Shown here one piece after another: positions 29,769 to 40,096 of a stretch of 64,000 bases of DNA. The notes under the pieces are model-generated. The model was not told the DNA's origin, searched no databases, and was given only the letters and a program-made list of their open reading frames with translations. The DNA comes from Spirulina sp. (GTDB lineage Bacteria > Cyanobacteriota > Cyanobacteriia > Phormidesmidales > Phormidesmidaceae). A program made the position numbers and the translations under genes. How positions within the stretch are numbered: the first letter of the stretch is position 1; each line of letters starts with the position of its first letter. The stretch is from NCBI GenBank assembly GCA_044070495.1, contig JBIPSI010000006.1:64001-128000 (forward strand), given 5' to 3'.

Positions 29769-29835
29769 CGTTGTCTCCCCCCCGACCGCTGTTGCCCCAA
29801 CCTTGACCTAGCCTGTTTTGTTTCTGTCCCTAGCC

Positions 29836-30477
29836 ATGACGGTTTCCTCCTCCCTGCGCCCTACCCTCAAGACCGAACTCCTGACCCGCATTCACCATCT
29901 GGATTCGGCGGAGGCCCTACTTCCCACCAGCCATCCCGACATTGATCAACTGATCCACGACCTAGAGGCCATCACACCCATCGCCCAACCCCTCCAGCCC
30001 GACCACTGGCCCACCCTGCTGGGCACCTGGGATTTGATCTACGCCTCCCAGGGCACCGTGGTTACCCGCCGCATGCCGACCCTGTGGCCCGTGGGTATCC
30101 GGCGGGTGTGGCAGCGGCTCACCCAGTCCTCTCAGGCCACAGCCCCCATTGCCGCTGAGAATGGGGCCGTTGTTAGCCTTCCCCTGGTGGGCGAACTAAC
30201 GGCCATTGCCCAAGGGCTTTGGCGGCCCTACGAAGAAGCCGAAAGTGCCAGTGTGAGCTTTGGAGCCTTTAGCCTGCAACCCACACGACTGTTGGGGGTG
30301 GCGGGGTTACATCTGCCCAAGCTCACCCTGCCCATTTTTGAAACTCTGCGGCGGGAGGCCCTATGGATTACCTCCTACCTGGATGACGATCTCCGGGTGG
30401 GGCGCGGCGCAACGGGAAACCTGTTTGTGTTTCAGCGCACTCCGGTAGAACGCCCTGCCTGGGCCAGTAAAACTTAG
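29836..30477 (+). CDS. PAP/fibrillin family protein
   Basis: LLGTWDLIYAS and WITSYLDDDLRVGRG...GNLFVF. Confidence 0.88.
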   Translation: MTVSSSLRPTLKTELLTRIHHLDSAEALLPTSHPDIDQLIHDLEAITPIAQPLQPDHWPTLLGTWDLIYASQGTVVTRRMPTLWPVGIRRVWQRLTQSSQATAPIAAENGAVVSLPLVGELTAIAQGLWRPYEEAESASVSFGAFSLQPTRLLGVAGLHLPKLTLPIFETLRREALWITSYLDDDLRVGRGATGNLFVFQRTPVERPAWASKT

Positions 30478-31256
30478 GCAGATCGGGTGCGTTTGCCCTG
30501 GGTGGCCGGAATAGTGTTTTTGCTGCGTAGGGTAACGTTGACACCATCGTTGGATTGTTCCACCACGAGCAGCGGGGTGGGTTTGGCCTTTTGATCCCAG
30601 TGCATATAGGCGAGGCGGCCTTGGATGGTGGGCTGCCAGTGGCAATCATCCGACTGAGGACTCATGAAGTTTTCGATGCAGGCAATCAACTGCTCGATGG
30701 TGGCGGAGGTCGCCTGGGTAGGTAGTTTGGCCAGTTTGATTTGGATGCGGAACAGTACCCGTTTCCGGGCCGAGGGGTTGTCGCTGAGGTTGTACTCTAC
30801 GTCAAAAATTTCATCGACGATGCGGGTTTTCGCAGCAACCCCCACCAGCCCAATTTCCGCTTGCTGGGGCCGCAGGGCTACGGTGATTTTTTGCTTCACC
30901 TTCACTTTTAACTGGTTCACAATGGCGGAGTGGAAGCCGTCTTCCTCCATCCGCATCCGCAGATAGTCGAGGTTGCACTCACGGGAGTGAACCAAGTCGG
31001 GGTTGCGCTCCATGCGGGTGATGGTCTCTAGGGCCATCTTGACTTTCTTTTGCAGTTCCTGGTTTTTGTAGGTTTGGAACTTGAGCTGCTTCACCAACTG
31101 CTTGGTTTTGAGGTGAGAGACAATGCCCAGGGCGATGAGCAGAACTCCCAAGCCTCCGGTGGCCAACATCCACGGATTTTCGAGGATCTGCGGGGATTTG
31201 CTAGGAGCAGGGGCCTGAGCAACCGAGGTATATAGAACAACTGAGGAGGTAGTCAT
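30474..31256 (-). CDS. Conserved hypothetical protein with an N-terminal TM helix and coiled coil
   Basis: Host-like codon usage; TM helix followed by coiled coil; start set at MTTSS (frame open to 31502). Confidence 0.7.
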   Translation of the reverse strand: MTTSSVVLYTSVAQAPAPSKSPQILENPWMLATGGLGVLLIALGIVSHLKTKQLVKQLKFQTYKNQELQKKVKMALETITRMERNPDLVHSRECNLDYLRMRMEEDGFHSAIVNQLKVKVKQKITVALRPQQAEIGLVGVAAKTRIVDEIFDVEYNLSDNPSARKRVLFRIQIKLAKLPTQATSATIEQLIACIENFMSPQSDDCHWQPTIQGRLAYMHWDQKAKPTPLLVVEQSNDGVNVTLRSKNTIPATQGKRTRSA

Positions 31257-31446
31257 CGCAGGTTCGCCGCAAAGGGTTTTCTTGGACTTAGGCTTAGGTT
31301 GCCCTGATCTGGCCCAAAGCCATCTACGTTCTACACATTTAGTCGTAATTTCGCGATGCTTTAGCATTTCCTTTATAAAGCCGATTGGAGCGGTCGGGGG
31401 GTAACTGAGGCTGTCTCCGATCCCCAGCGGAGTTTGATGGATCACG

Positions 31447-31809
31447 TTATCCGCGATTCTTACTTTGAATCGAGCTGGATCGAACCCTACCGTGGAAAGC
31501 ACTACTACCGAGGGCTTCGGCCCCGGTCTGAGCGGCAGTCAGAGGATCTCCAGGATTTCCTGTGCGACGGTGGAGGGTGCCGAAATCCTGGTTGACCGAC
31601 AAACTCGCCAGCATCCAGATCCCTCGTAGGGTCAGGAGACCTGCCCCCTGCATTATCCAAAGGATATAGGGGCGCGGTTGCTGTGCCCGGTGCAACGTCT
31701 GTGAGTCAAGCAGGCCGAAATCATCCGGAGCCCTCACCTGTTGCTTTAGGTTATCGGTAGCGGTGGCCAGGGCAACGGCTCCGCACCGTGGACACACCTT
31801 AGACGCCAT
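31447..31809 (-). CDS. Hypothetical protein
   Basis: ATG start, CPRC motif, hydrophobic segment; weak support. Confidence 0.35.
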   Translation of the reverse strand: MASKVCPRCGAVALATATDNLKQQVRAPDDFGLLDSQTLHRAQQPRPYILWIMQGAGLLTLRGIWMLASLSVNQDFGTLHRRTGNPGDPLTAAQTGAEALGSSAFHGRVRSSSIQSKNRG

Positions 31810-31962
31810 GAATCAGACGGAAACGGCTTGATCCGAGACCCACCCGTGTTGGGTCATGGGCCAACATGGCAAATTGGCACCTGCTTTATCAGAAGAGTTG
31901 TTAGATTCAGCTTTGCCTACGGCGAATTGTCAGACAAAACTTGTTAGCTAGATCCTCGGAAG

Positions 31963-32051
31963 CCCTCACCCTAGCCCTCTTTCTCAGGAAGAGGACACTG
32001 GAAAGCTTGATCTGCTCCCCTCGCCCTCTGGAAGAGGGGTTTAGGATGAGG
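31963..32051. repeat. Repeat family B (CCCTCACCC...CCCTCT...GAGG MITE-like palindrome), copy 1
   Basis: Terminal CCCTCACCCTA/TTAGGATGAGG with internal hairpins; resembles 43404-43489 and 55805-55991. Confidence 0.65.
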
Positions 32052-32274
32052 ACTACACAAATGGAATGTACCCTCACAGCCTATCTGGTTAGAACCCATT
32101 CTATAAAAATTGTCTAAAACTTAGAAGAGCCGTGATTTACTGCAAAGCGATTATTTAGCGACTGCACAAAATGTTTATCTATCCTAAAGTTTGCTCTGTT
32201 CTCAAGGTTTCTCTGTTCTCAGAACAGTCGCTGTATGACTATACCTCTAAGGTATCTCTCGGAGTAATCTAGCC

Positions 32275-33327
32275 ATGAGATTTGGTAGCTTTCAGGATCA
32301 TTCCTCAACCTATAAATCGGATATATTGATCTCAGTTGTCTCCCCAATTTGTGATGCTGAGGACTGGATTGAGAGTTACCTTTCGGGCCTCTCTGAACTA
32401 CTATCATCAGAGTTTAAAGACTACGAAATCGTGCTAATTGATAATGGCTCTAGGGACGACACCCTAACTATTGTGAGACAAGCACAGCAAACACTTCGCA
32501 ACATTCAGCTATACGTTTTAGCACGGCCTGTTCCCTATGAAAGTGCCTTTATCGTGGGGCTCGAACAAGCCATTGGTGATGTGGTAATCACGATGGACGC
32601 GGCCTACGACCCAATCGACTGCCTCATGCCAATGATTCAGATGAGTCAGCGAGGGTTCGATATGGTTTACGGATTACGCAGCGATAGAATGCAGCATAGA
32701 CACGGCCTTTATAATTGGCTTAGCATTGCTTTCTTCAAACTCTATCAATCTATCACCCAAGAGAGTTTACCTATTGCAGCGTCAACCCTAAGGCTATACT
32801 CTCGTTATGCGATCAACTCATTCATTGATAACACGGATCGCTATAGCCTTTTTCCAGTTATTGGAGCCTTCTCAGGACTAAAGTATGCGACTTTAGATTA
32901 TCATCGCATCAACCGAACGAACCACGCTGTCAGACAAAGTTATATTGGTGCCCTTGAGAGAGCTTTTTGCTTAATCCTCCTTTCTTCTCACTATCCTCTC
33001 AGGCTTTTATCCTTGCTATCGCTAACTGGGGCTTTCCTAAATATTCTATATAGTCTTTATGTCGTGCTAATCAATTTCTTTAAAGGGCATGTCGCAGAAG
33101 GATGGACAACGTTATCGCTCCAGAATTCATTAATGTTTTTTATTCTATTTATCATTTTGTCAGTACTTTCTGAGTATATCGCTCGCCTCTTTATGAAAAA
33201 CCAAAATCGCCCATTTTATCTCATTAGCAACGAGAGCAAGAGCTTGATATTGCAACGAAAAAACGATATTAATGTCACTGGCATTGCAGCAAAAGACCTA
33301 TCTCGATCTAAGTCCTCAGCATCCTAA
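32275..33327 (+). CDS. GtrB/ArnC-like polyprenyl-phosphate glycosyltransferase (GT2 with two C-terminal TM helices)
   Basis: ISVVSP, IDNGSRDDT, GDVVITMDA, C-terminal TM pair, EYIARLF...RPFY. Confidence 0.88.
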   Translation: MRFGSFQDHSSTYKSDILISVVSPICDAEDWIESYLSGLSELLSSEFKDYEIVLIDNGSRDDTLTIVRQAQQTLRNIQLYVLARPVPYESAFIVGLEQAIGDVVITMDAAYDPIDCLMPMIQMSQRGFDMVYGLRSDRMQHRHGLYNWLSIAFFKLYQSITQESLPIAASTLRLYSRYAINSFIDNTDRYSLFPVIGAFSGLKYATLDYHRINRTNHAVRQSYIGALERAFCLILLSSHYPLRLLSLLSLTGAFLNILYSLYVVLINFFKGHVAEGWTTLSLQNSLMFFILFIILSVLSEYIARLFMKNQNRPFYLISNESKSLILQRKNDINVTGIAAKDLSRSKSSAS

Positions 33328-33377
33328 AAAAACGTTCAGTTTATTATTTTTCATAGCCCGAATAAGGTTGATAAAAT

Positions 33378-35465
33378 ATGGTAGAGAAAAAAAATGATAA
33401 TACTAAGCCGCACACTTTTTTGATTGCGATTGCGATTGCTACCGCATTTCTTTTGATATTTAGAAGCTTAGGTCTATACCCAGGCGTCATGGGTGACGAA
33501 TACCTCCATAGCATTTCTTCTAGATTACTGCCTTTCAATGCTATGATTTATCCGGAATATTTATATTACTCCATATATCGTACAACCCGCATGTGCGGCG
33601 ATGGCTTTCTTGAATGTGCTCGTGTATTAAATGCTGTTTTTTTTGTATCTAGCGCTCCCTTTATATACCTGATTAGCAGAAAAGTCACGGACAAAAGAAC
33701 ATCTCTGTTGATTGCAGCTCTATCTATATTGGGGCCAATTAATTCCTACACGGCATACTTTATGCCTGAATCATTATTTTTCCTGTTTTTCTGGGTTTTT
33801 ACCTGGCTTGTGCTTAGCATGAGTCCTAAACACGGGATTTGGAATTGGTTGAGTTTAGGATTATTTTTTGGCCTAACCTCTTTAGTTAAGCCCCATGCTT
33901 TATTCTTGTTGCCTTCACTTGTTGTTTTTTTCGCTTTCCAAAAACATGATCATCAGCATAATAGTGAAGTTTCTTTCAGAAAGAAGCTTAGACTCTATTC
34001 TGCCTTTTTCGCCTCTGCAATTGCAACCAAGTTTTTGATCGGCTTTATTCTGGCTGGCGAAGCTGGACTAACGCTTTTTGGCACATATGAATCTCAAGCT
34101 CCCGCAGGTCAAAGCTTAGATGATTACGTTAATATCTTTAAACTGTTCCTCGAAAATATTCGAGGACATTTTTTGGGTTTGTCTCTCCTATTCTCTGTAC
34201 CTATTGCCCAAATTCTATCATCGTCCATATTTTCTTTGAAGCAACAGTCAGATCGAGGCTCTTCAATTAATGTGGTTAACATTATACTGTATGCGCTATC
34301 AATTTTTGTATTTATCATACCTATTGCCGCACTTTACACTGGATCAATAGCCTATGCTTATCCAGATTACCAGTCAAATCTTAGGCTTCACATGCGATAT
34401 TATAATTTCGCATTCCCACTTTTTATTATAGTTGGAGCATCACGAATTTTTTGGAAAGATATTAGCAGTTCCTTTAAAAGTAGAGCGATTACTGCTGTCC
34501 TAATTGGCATTGCGATCTTATATGCTGTAATCACGGGTTTGATTCCCTATGAGCCAAGTACTGTCGATAATCCAGAGTTACGTGGAATAATAGCTAACTA
34601 CACTGTATTTTACATCCTCAGTGGGTTCTCTTTGGGGTCCTTAATTTTGTGGGTTTATTCAGCACAAAAGGGTGCCAAGTTATTCGTCTATGTCTTTATG
34701 CCACTGGTGGTCACTTTTTCAGGTTTTCATATTAATCAAGACCTCAGGCAGAACAACCTGATGCCAAGGGAATTCCTTGCTTATGACGTGGGTATCATGA
34801 CGAAACAGTACCTGTACAGTGAGGATCTTACAAAACTTCAAGTGGTTGGGTCAGAGTTATTGCGATTGTACGGCGCTTCATTCTATCTTGACCATGCATC
34901 TTTTGAGGTTATTCCTAAAGATAGCAAATATGATTTATCAACGCTTCCAGTTGGCAAGGAATGGGTTTTAGTACTTGGCGATCATTCTCTCTCAACAAAT
35001 GATGATTTATTTCAGATTCCAATGAATAACGCTACCCTTGTGCATGTGCCTAATCCAGGCAGTGCAGAAATAGACTTTAATAGAACTTCATGGCCAGGCA
35101 TCATTTTCAAAACGCAAGGTTTAGGGTATCCAGCGGGGTGGGGTCGATGGTCTTCAGGTAATGTCGTGACCCTGGAGTTTGTTCAGCCTCTACCCGAGAA
35201 ATTTACCGTTCATCTTTTAGCCCACAGCCATGGGCCAAATGTTCAAAAGGATGGAGATTATGCCATTCATATAGAGGATAGCACCGTGAAATTTAAATTG
35301 GGTGAATCGACTGAGGAAAAAGTGTTTAAATTTAGCAACCCAACACAGTATAAGACTATAAGAATTGACATTCCATTAACGACACTGCCCCAGAATTCGG
35401 GGGAGGTTGGTGAGGATAAAAGGATAGGGATGGCATTGATAAAAATGCGTATAACGGCTTTATGA
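33378..35465 (+). CDS. GT-C fold (ArnT/PMT-like) integral-membrane glycosyltransferase with a C-terminal beta domain
   Basis: Acidic GDE motif in the first loop, MPES, LVKP, MRYY; many TM helices; C-terminal WGRWS...DKRIGMAL domain. Confidence 0.75.
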   Translation: MVEKKNDNTKPHTFLIAIAIATAFLLIFRSLGLYPGVMGDEYLHSISSRLLPFNAMIYPEYLYYSIYRTTRMCGDGFLECARVLNAVFFVSSAPFIYLISRKVTDKRTSLLIAALSILGPINSYTAYFMPESLFFLFFWVFTWLVLSMSPKHGIWNWLSLGLFFGLTSLVKPHALFLLPSLVVFFAFQKHDHQHNSEVSFRKKLRLYSAFFASAIATKFLIGFILAGEAGLTLFGTYESQAPAGQSLDDYVNIFKLFLENIRGHFLGLSLLFSVPIAQILSSSIFSLKQQSDRGSSINVVNIILYALSIFVFIIPIAALYTGSIAYAYPDYQSNLRLHMRYYNFAFPLFIIVGASRIFWKDISSSFKSRAITAVLIGIAILYAVITGLIPYEPSTVDNPELRGIIANYTVFYILSGFSLGSLILWVYSAQKGAKLFVYVFMPLVVTFSGFHINQDLRQNNLMPREFLAYDVGIMTKQYLYSEDLTKLQVVGSELLRLYGASFYLDHASFEVIPKDSKYDLSTLPVGKEWVLVLGDHSLSTNDDLFQIPMNNATLVHVPNPGSAEIDFNRTSWPGIIFKTQGLGYPAGWGRWSSGNVVTLEFVQPLPEKFTVHLLAHSHGPNVQKDGDYAIHIEDSTVKFKLGESTEEKVFKFSNPTQYKTIRIDIPLTTLPQNSGEVGEDKRIGMALIKMRITAL

Positions 35466-35715
35466 CGCTAACCTACTTACCATGAATTGCTGATTCAATT
35501 GTGGGTTTATATTGCCTTACAAAAAACTAAAATAATGCTCTGAGTTCACTCTTTTTTATAAAATAAAACAATTTACTAAAGTGTGGAATAGGATTGGCGC
35601 TAGTTAAGTCTTGAAAGTAAGCCAAAAAACTATGCTTAGTTAGACTATTTTTTCTTTAGCTATGCCGAGGTTTTAATCATGATAACAATTGCTGTAGAGG
35701 GAGGCGAAAAATTTT

Positions 35716-36510
35716 ATGGTGACCAATGGCTTGATCGGTTACACAGGATTTGTAGGGCAAAACCTTTGCCTCTCGACTAAGAGCTTTGATCAACTCTATA
35801 ACACCCAAAATATTCGCTCAATTCGAGGTAAGCAGTTTAATCTGCTTGTGTGTGCGGCCCCACAGGCTAAAAAATGGTGGGCTAATCAGAACCCAGAGGC
35901 AGATTGGTCGATGATTCAAACGCTCATTCAAACCCTAGAGGAAGTCCAAGCTGACCGTTTTATTCTCCTCTCAACAATTGATGTCTTTCCTACCATTATC
36001 AATGCTGATGAATCCTTCGATTGTGCTAGCCGTGAGAATCACGCCTATGGGCGACATCGACTACAGCTTGAGCAGGCTGTGACTAGCCACTTTTCTAAGA
36101 GTCATATCGTTCGCCTGCCGGGTCTTTTTGGCCCTGGGCTGAAGAAAAACGTAATCTTCGACCTACTACACCACAACCAAGTGGATAAAATTAACCCCGA
36201 CAGTCAGTTTCAGTGGTACGACCTTAAAGACCTGTGGCCCGATTTAAATCGCATTATGCAGGCAGAGCTTTCTCTCATTGTCTTGGCAACAGAGCCAATT
36301 TCTACTCGGGAAATCCATCATCGTTTTTTTCCTGAATTAGTTATTGGAACTGAGGCTAGTCCAACCGTTACCTACGATATTCATACTCGTTATGCGGAGG
36401 TATTTAGCAGCCAAAGCGATTACATCCGCTCCAAGGCGCAAATTTTAGAACGTCTCAATCAGTTTATTGCTACTGAAAAAAACGCACCCCATGAAACTTT
36501 CAATTTCTAA
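35716..36510 (+). CDS. NAD(P)-dependent epimerase/dehydratase-like protein (atypical SDR)
   Basis: GYTGFVG Rossmann motif, STIDV, YGRHR in place of YxxxK, VRLPGLFG. Confidence 0.85.
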   Translation: MVTNGLIGYTGFVGQNLCLSTKSFDQLYNTQNIRSIRGKQFNLLVCAAPQAKKWWANQNPEADWSMIQTLIQTLEEVQADRFILLSTIDVFPTIINADESFDCASRENHAYGRHRLQLEQAVTSHFSKSHIVRLPGLFGPGLKKNVIFDLLHHNQVDKINPDSQFQWYDLKDLWPDLNRIMQAELSLIVLATEPISTREIHHRFFPELVIGTEASPTVTYDIHTRYAEVFSSQSDYIRSKAQILERLNQFIATEKNAPHETFNF

Positions 36511-37300
36511 TATTGCCTGGCCTAAAGAAGCAGACAATGCTGTTTATGACCTCCTAATTATCCACGGGGTTAACGCTATTGAAATTGCCCCTACACGCAT
36601 CTGGCCAGATTGGCAATATTCGCCAGCACAGGTTGACGCTGTGAACGCAGATCTAGCTATCCGGGGCCTCCAATGTTCATCTTTGCAAGCCATCGTTTAT
36701 GGACGGCCCCAGTTAAAGGTATTTGGCACCCCTAAAGAAAAGCAAGACCTGGTGCTTCATCTGAAGCAGGTTGCTAATCTGGCAGCACAATTGGGAGTAG
36801 GGCCGCTGGTCTTTGGTGCCCCTAAAAATCGAGATCGTGGTGATAGAAGCGAGGCCAACGCTTTTGCCGAAGCCGTAGATTTGTTTGCGGAGGTAGGAGA
36901 CTATTGTAACCAAGTTGGGGTTTGCCTATGCATTGAACCCAATCCCATAGATTACGGCTGTACTTTTATTACCGATAGTCAAAGTGGTGCTGCCTTTGTT
37001 CGCACGGTGAATTCTCCTGGCCTGCGGTTACACTTAGATGTTGCAGGCATGCATTTAGCAGGAGAATCTATTCCTCAGGCCTTGGAATCTACAGCAGATG
37101 TTTTATATCATATCCACATTAGTGAGCCTTATCTAGGCTCCTTTACCTCTCCTCAAATTGACCATAGGGAGGTAGCCCAGGGCTTAGCTACAATAGGCTG
37201 GTCTAGATGGATATCGGTGGAGATGCGCGCTACCCATCAGCCGATAGCCGATGTGGAACAGGCCATTCAATATGTTCAAGAAACCTATCAAACAATATGA
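36491..37300 (+). CDS. Sugar phosphate isomerase/epimerase (xylose-isomerase-like TIM barrel)
   Basis: IEIAP, IEPNP, LHLD, HIHISE, SVEM metal-ligand pattern. Confidence 0.85.
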   Translation: MKLSISNIAWPKEADNAVYDLLIIHGVNAIEIAPTRIWPDWQYSPAQVDAVNADLAIRGLQCSSLQAIVYGRPQLKVFGTPKEKQDLVLHLKQVANLAAQLGVGPLVFGAPKNRDRGDRSEANAFAEAVDLFAEVGDYCNQVGVCLCIEPNPIDYGCTFITDSQSGAAFVRTVNSPGLRLHLDVAGMHLAGESIPQALESTADVLYHIHISEPYLGSFTSPQIDHREVAQGLATIGWSRWISVEMRATHQPIADVEQAIQYVQETYQTI

Positions 37301-38151
37301 ATCCCGATTCAGACTTTTCGTTCTCTGCTGAGCAGGTAGAGTTCTTTAAATCTCAAAGAGTGTTAATGCCCTCAGACTGGCAGGTGCCGACCTATACTGT
37401 GACCGAGTTCAGGCCTCGGTATGCGCGCTACTGCATCGGGATTCCTGTGATTAACGAAGGGGATCGAATCCAAACCCAGCTTCAAACAATGTATAACTTA
37501 GGGTTGTATGGGCTGGCCGATATCGTCATAGCAGATGGCGGCAGCACAGATGGCTCAATGGCCGATGAACGTCTACGCCCAGTGGCAGTTAGAACGTTGC
37601 TGACCAAAACCGGTAGTGGCAAACTCAGCGCCCAACTGCGTATGTTTTTTGCCTACGCTCTTGGCGAGGGATACGAAGGTATTGTCATTATCGACGGCAA
37701 TAACAAAGACGGTGTGGAGGCCATTCCCTCATTTTTGGAGGCACTTGATCAGGGGTGGGACTACATCCAAGGTTCGCGTTATATTCCCGGTGGCGTTGAA
37801 AAGAATACCCCCTGGATTCGTAAGTGGGCTGTGTTGCTCCTTCATGCCCCGATTATTAGTTTGGGGGCTGGATTTCGATATACCGACACCACTAACGGTT
37901 TCCGGGCCATGAGCCGTCAGTTTTTACTAGACGAGAGACTCGATCCATTTCGCCAAGTTTTCGATACCTATAACTTGCATTACTACCTATCAGTGATGGC
38001 ACCCCGCTTGGGATACCGGGTTAAAGAACTGCCTGTGAACAGGGTTTACCCTGATGCTGGCCCAACACCCAGCAAAATTAAAGGGGTAAAAACCCACTGG
38101 CGAATGTTAGGCCAACTCTTCAAGGCCGCGTTTGGTTTCTATCGTCCCTAA
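37297..38151 (+). CDS. GT2 glycosyltransferase (DPM1-like)
   Basis: IPVINEG, ADGGSTDGS, IDGNNKD, QGSRY, TDTTNGFRA; ATGA overlap with the upstream gene. Confidence 0.88.
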   Translation: MNPDSDFSFSAEQVEFFKSQRVLMPSDWQVPTYTVTEFRPRYARYCIGIPVINEGDRIQTQLQTMYNLGLYGLADIVIADGGSTDGSMADERLRPVAVRTLLTKTGSGKLSAQLRMFFAYALGEGYEGIVIIDGNNKDGVEAIPSFLEALDQGWDYIQGSRYIPGGVEKNTPWIRKWAVLLLHAPIISLGAGFRYTDTTNGFRAMSRQFLLDERLDPFRQVFDTYNLHYYLSVMAPRLGYRVKELPVNRVYPDAGPTPSKIKGVKTHWRMLGQLFKAAFGFYRP

Positions 38152-38160
38152 CGCAAAGAT

Positions 38161-39285
38161 ATGGCAATTACCCAGCAAACTCACCCCTTTGTTGTGATTG
38201 GTGGCGGATTTTACGGCTGTAGTATCGCTGAGTTTTTGGCAAATCACGGTGTTCAGGTGATCTTGCTAGAGCAAGCATCAGAACTTTTAACGCGAGCCTC
38301 TTACAATAACCAGGCTCGTCTGCACGGAGGTTACCATTACCCACGCAGCTTTAACACCGCTTACCGAAGTCGTCTCAACTTTGCTCAGTTTCTTCAGGAT
38401 TATCGACCTGCAATCGCAACAAATTTTCTCAAGTTATATGCGATTGCCCGAACCAGTTCAAAGGTAAGCCCCCAGCAGTTTGAGTTTTTTTGCCGCAACA
38501 TCGAAGCTCCTTTGAAGCCAGCCCCAGACCACCTATCAAGGTTATTTTCACCTCGACTGATTGCCGCCGTCTATGAAACAGAAGAGTACGCTTTCGACGC
38601 TGCGGTGCTACGACAATTGTTGACCGAACGCCTAGAGAGGGCCAGTGTACAGGTTAACCTCGATTACAAAGTGGCTGCTATTAAGTCCAGTTCCTCTCCA
38701 GATCAGCCCATAGAGTTGCTCAACGTAGCTGGTCAGGCCATACTGGCGGACTATGTCTTCAATTGCACCTACTCTGGCTTAAATACGATCCAAGGGCTAT
38801 CTAGTACCGATCACCAACTCAAACATGAAATCACGGAACTTGCCCTAGTTGAGCTGCCCGAATTACTCCAAGATGTTTCTGTGACTGTTATGGATGGGCC
38901 TTTCTTTTCCTTTATGCCCTTTCCAGATCGAGAATTATCGACCTTCACCCACGTACGCTATACCCCCCATGGCGCTTGGATAGAATCCTCTCAGCATTGC
39001 CCTAATCCTTATCTCGTTATGGACACCGTCGATCAGCAATCCAATTTTGGGTTTATGATTCGAGACGCCCAACGCTATCTGCCTTGTCTAGAAGATACCC
39101 GTTACCGCGACTCGTTGTTTGAAGTCAAAACGGTTTTAACTCAAAATGAAGGCGACGATGGTCGTCCGATTCTGTTTGAGGCCAATACACAGCAGCCCCA
39201 AGTTATCTCTGTATTAGGTTCTAAGATTGACAATATTTATGATGTGTTGCTGGCTATAAGCGAATACTTTGGCTGGTTTAAGTGA
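38161..39285 (+). CDS. FAD-dependent oxidoreductase (DAO-like)
   Basis: VVIGGGFYG, ASYNNQARLHGGYHYPRS. Confidence 0.88.
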   Translation: MAITQQTHPFVVIGGGFYGCSIAEFLANHGVQVILLEQASELLTRASYNNQARLHGGYHYPRSFNTAYRSRLNFAQFLQDYRPAIATNFLKLYAIARTSSKVSPQQFEFFCRNIEAPLKPAPDHLSRLFSPRLIAAVYETEEYAFDAAVLRQLLTERLERASVQVNLDYKVAAIKSSSSPDQPIELLNVAGQAILADYVFNCTYSGLNTIQGLSSTDHQLKHEITELALVELPELLQDVSVTVMDGPFFSFMPFPDRELSTFTHVRYTPHGAWIESSQHCPNPYLVMDTVDQQSNFGFMIRDAQRYLPCLEDTRYRDSLFEVKTVLTQNEGDDGRPILFEANTQQPQVISVLGSKIDNIYDVLLAISEYFGWFK

Positions 39286-39299
39286 AGTTATCCAGACCC

Positions 39300-39590
39300 A
39301 TCGGCATTGAGACTAGCTATCGCATCAAAAATCAGGCCCGCATCCGCTCGACCACCAAGAATCCCGTGCTACGGCTGCTCTACGTCGCTCTAGCCTTTAT
39401 CTTGGTGAATCTCTGGGTGTACCTGCTGTGGCAGACCGTCAGCGTGACCCGACGAGGGGGGCGACGAGTCTTTCAAGAACGTTTCCCGCTCAAAACCATG
39501 CTCTCCTTCATCCGCCAGGGTGTTGAGCGACATTTTCCCCTTGTCCGGGCTGTATATCTACCTATGACAGCATAAGTTTGTGATCTACTG
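39300..39590 (+). mobile_element. ISH3-like IS remnant: transposase C-terminus plus right end
   Basis: GIETSYR...RLLY...LVNLW resembles the C-terminal DDE region of ISH3/IS4-type transposases; ends TTTGTGATCTACTG (CAGTAG... on the reverse strand). Confidence 0.75.
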
Positions 39591-39740
39591 ATCCTTGCTG
39601 TATGAGGCGATCCGCATCGGCCTGCGACCCTGAGGGACTTGTGGGGTATGGAAATCGACGGACGCGCCTAGGACGGGGGCCATGTCTGCCGCAAAGATGA
39701 ACAACGGCAGGGATAGAAAAAACGTTGTACGGAGATGCAT
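39591..39740 (-). pseudogene. 5' stub of an exported protein truncated at the IS end
   Basis: MHLRTTFFLSLPLFIFAADMAPVLGA is signal-peptide-like; its last codon and stop (CAG TAG) are supplied by the IS terminus. Confidence 0.5.
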
Positions 39741-40096
39741 AGGAAAAATTACTGAGGGAAAACCTGGACAACCGCTCAGCCTGCCCATTGCGCAAGGGAT
39801 ATCGTCCGAAAACGCAAGCGAACGTTTCAGGAAAAGTTCACCATCCTGGCGTTGCCAATTTCCTGAGGCCGCCATCAGATCCGCAGAAGCGCCCCGTGGA
39901 AGGGGAGAGTCGGAAACTGGAATCAAAGGCTCTTTCCCACAGATCGGGATGAAGGGTGAAGACTTCGAGACCTTTGTGAGTTGCGGAGTACGGTTCACCA
40001 GACCTACTTTCTGATACGTTTTGTTCAATGGGTTTGGTCACAAAATAACTCGATTTTAAAATCTGAGCATTCAGTTAACCCTAGCGAGACAGTAGT

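Noticed and set aside
39682..40014. 110-aa + strand ORF beside the IS remnant
   Set aside because: No transposase or other motif; it overlaps the more plausible minus-strand stub and its upstream region.
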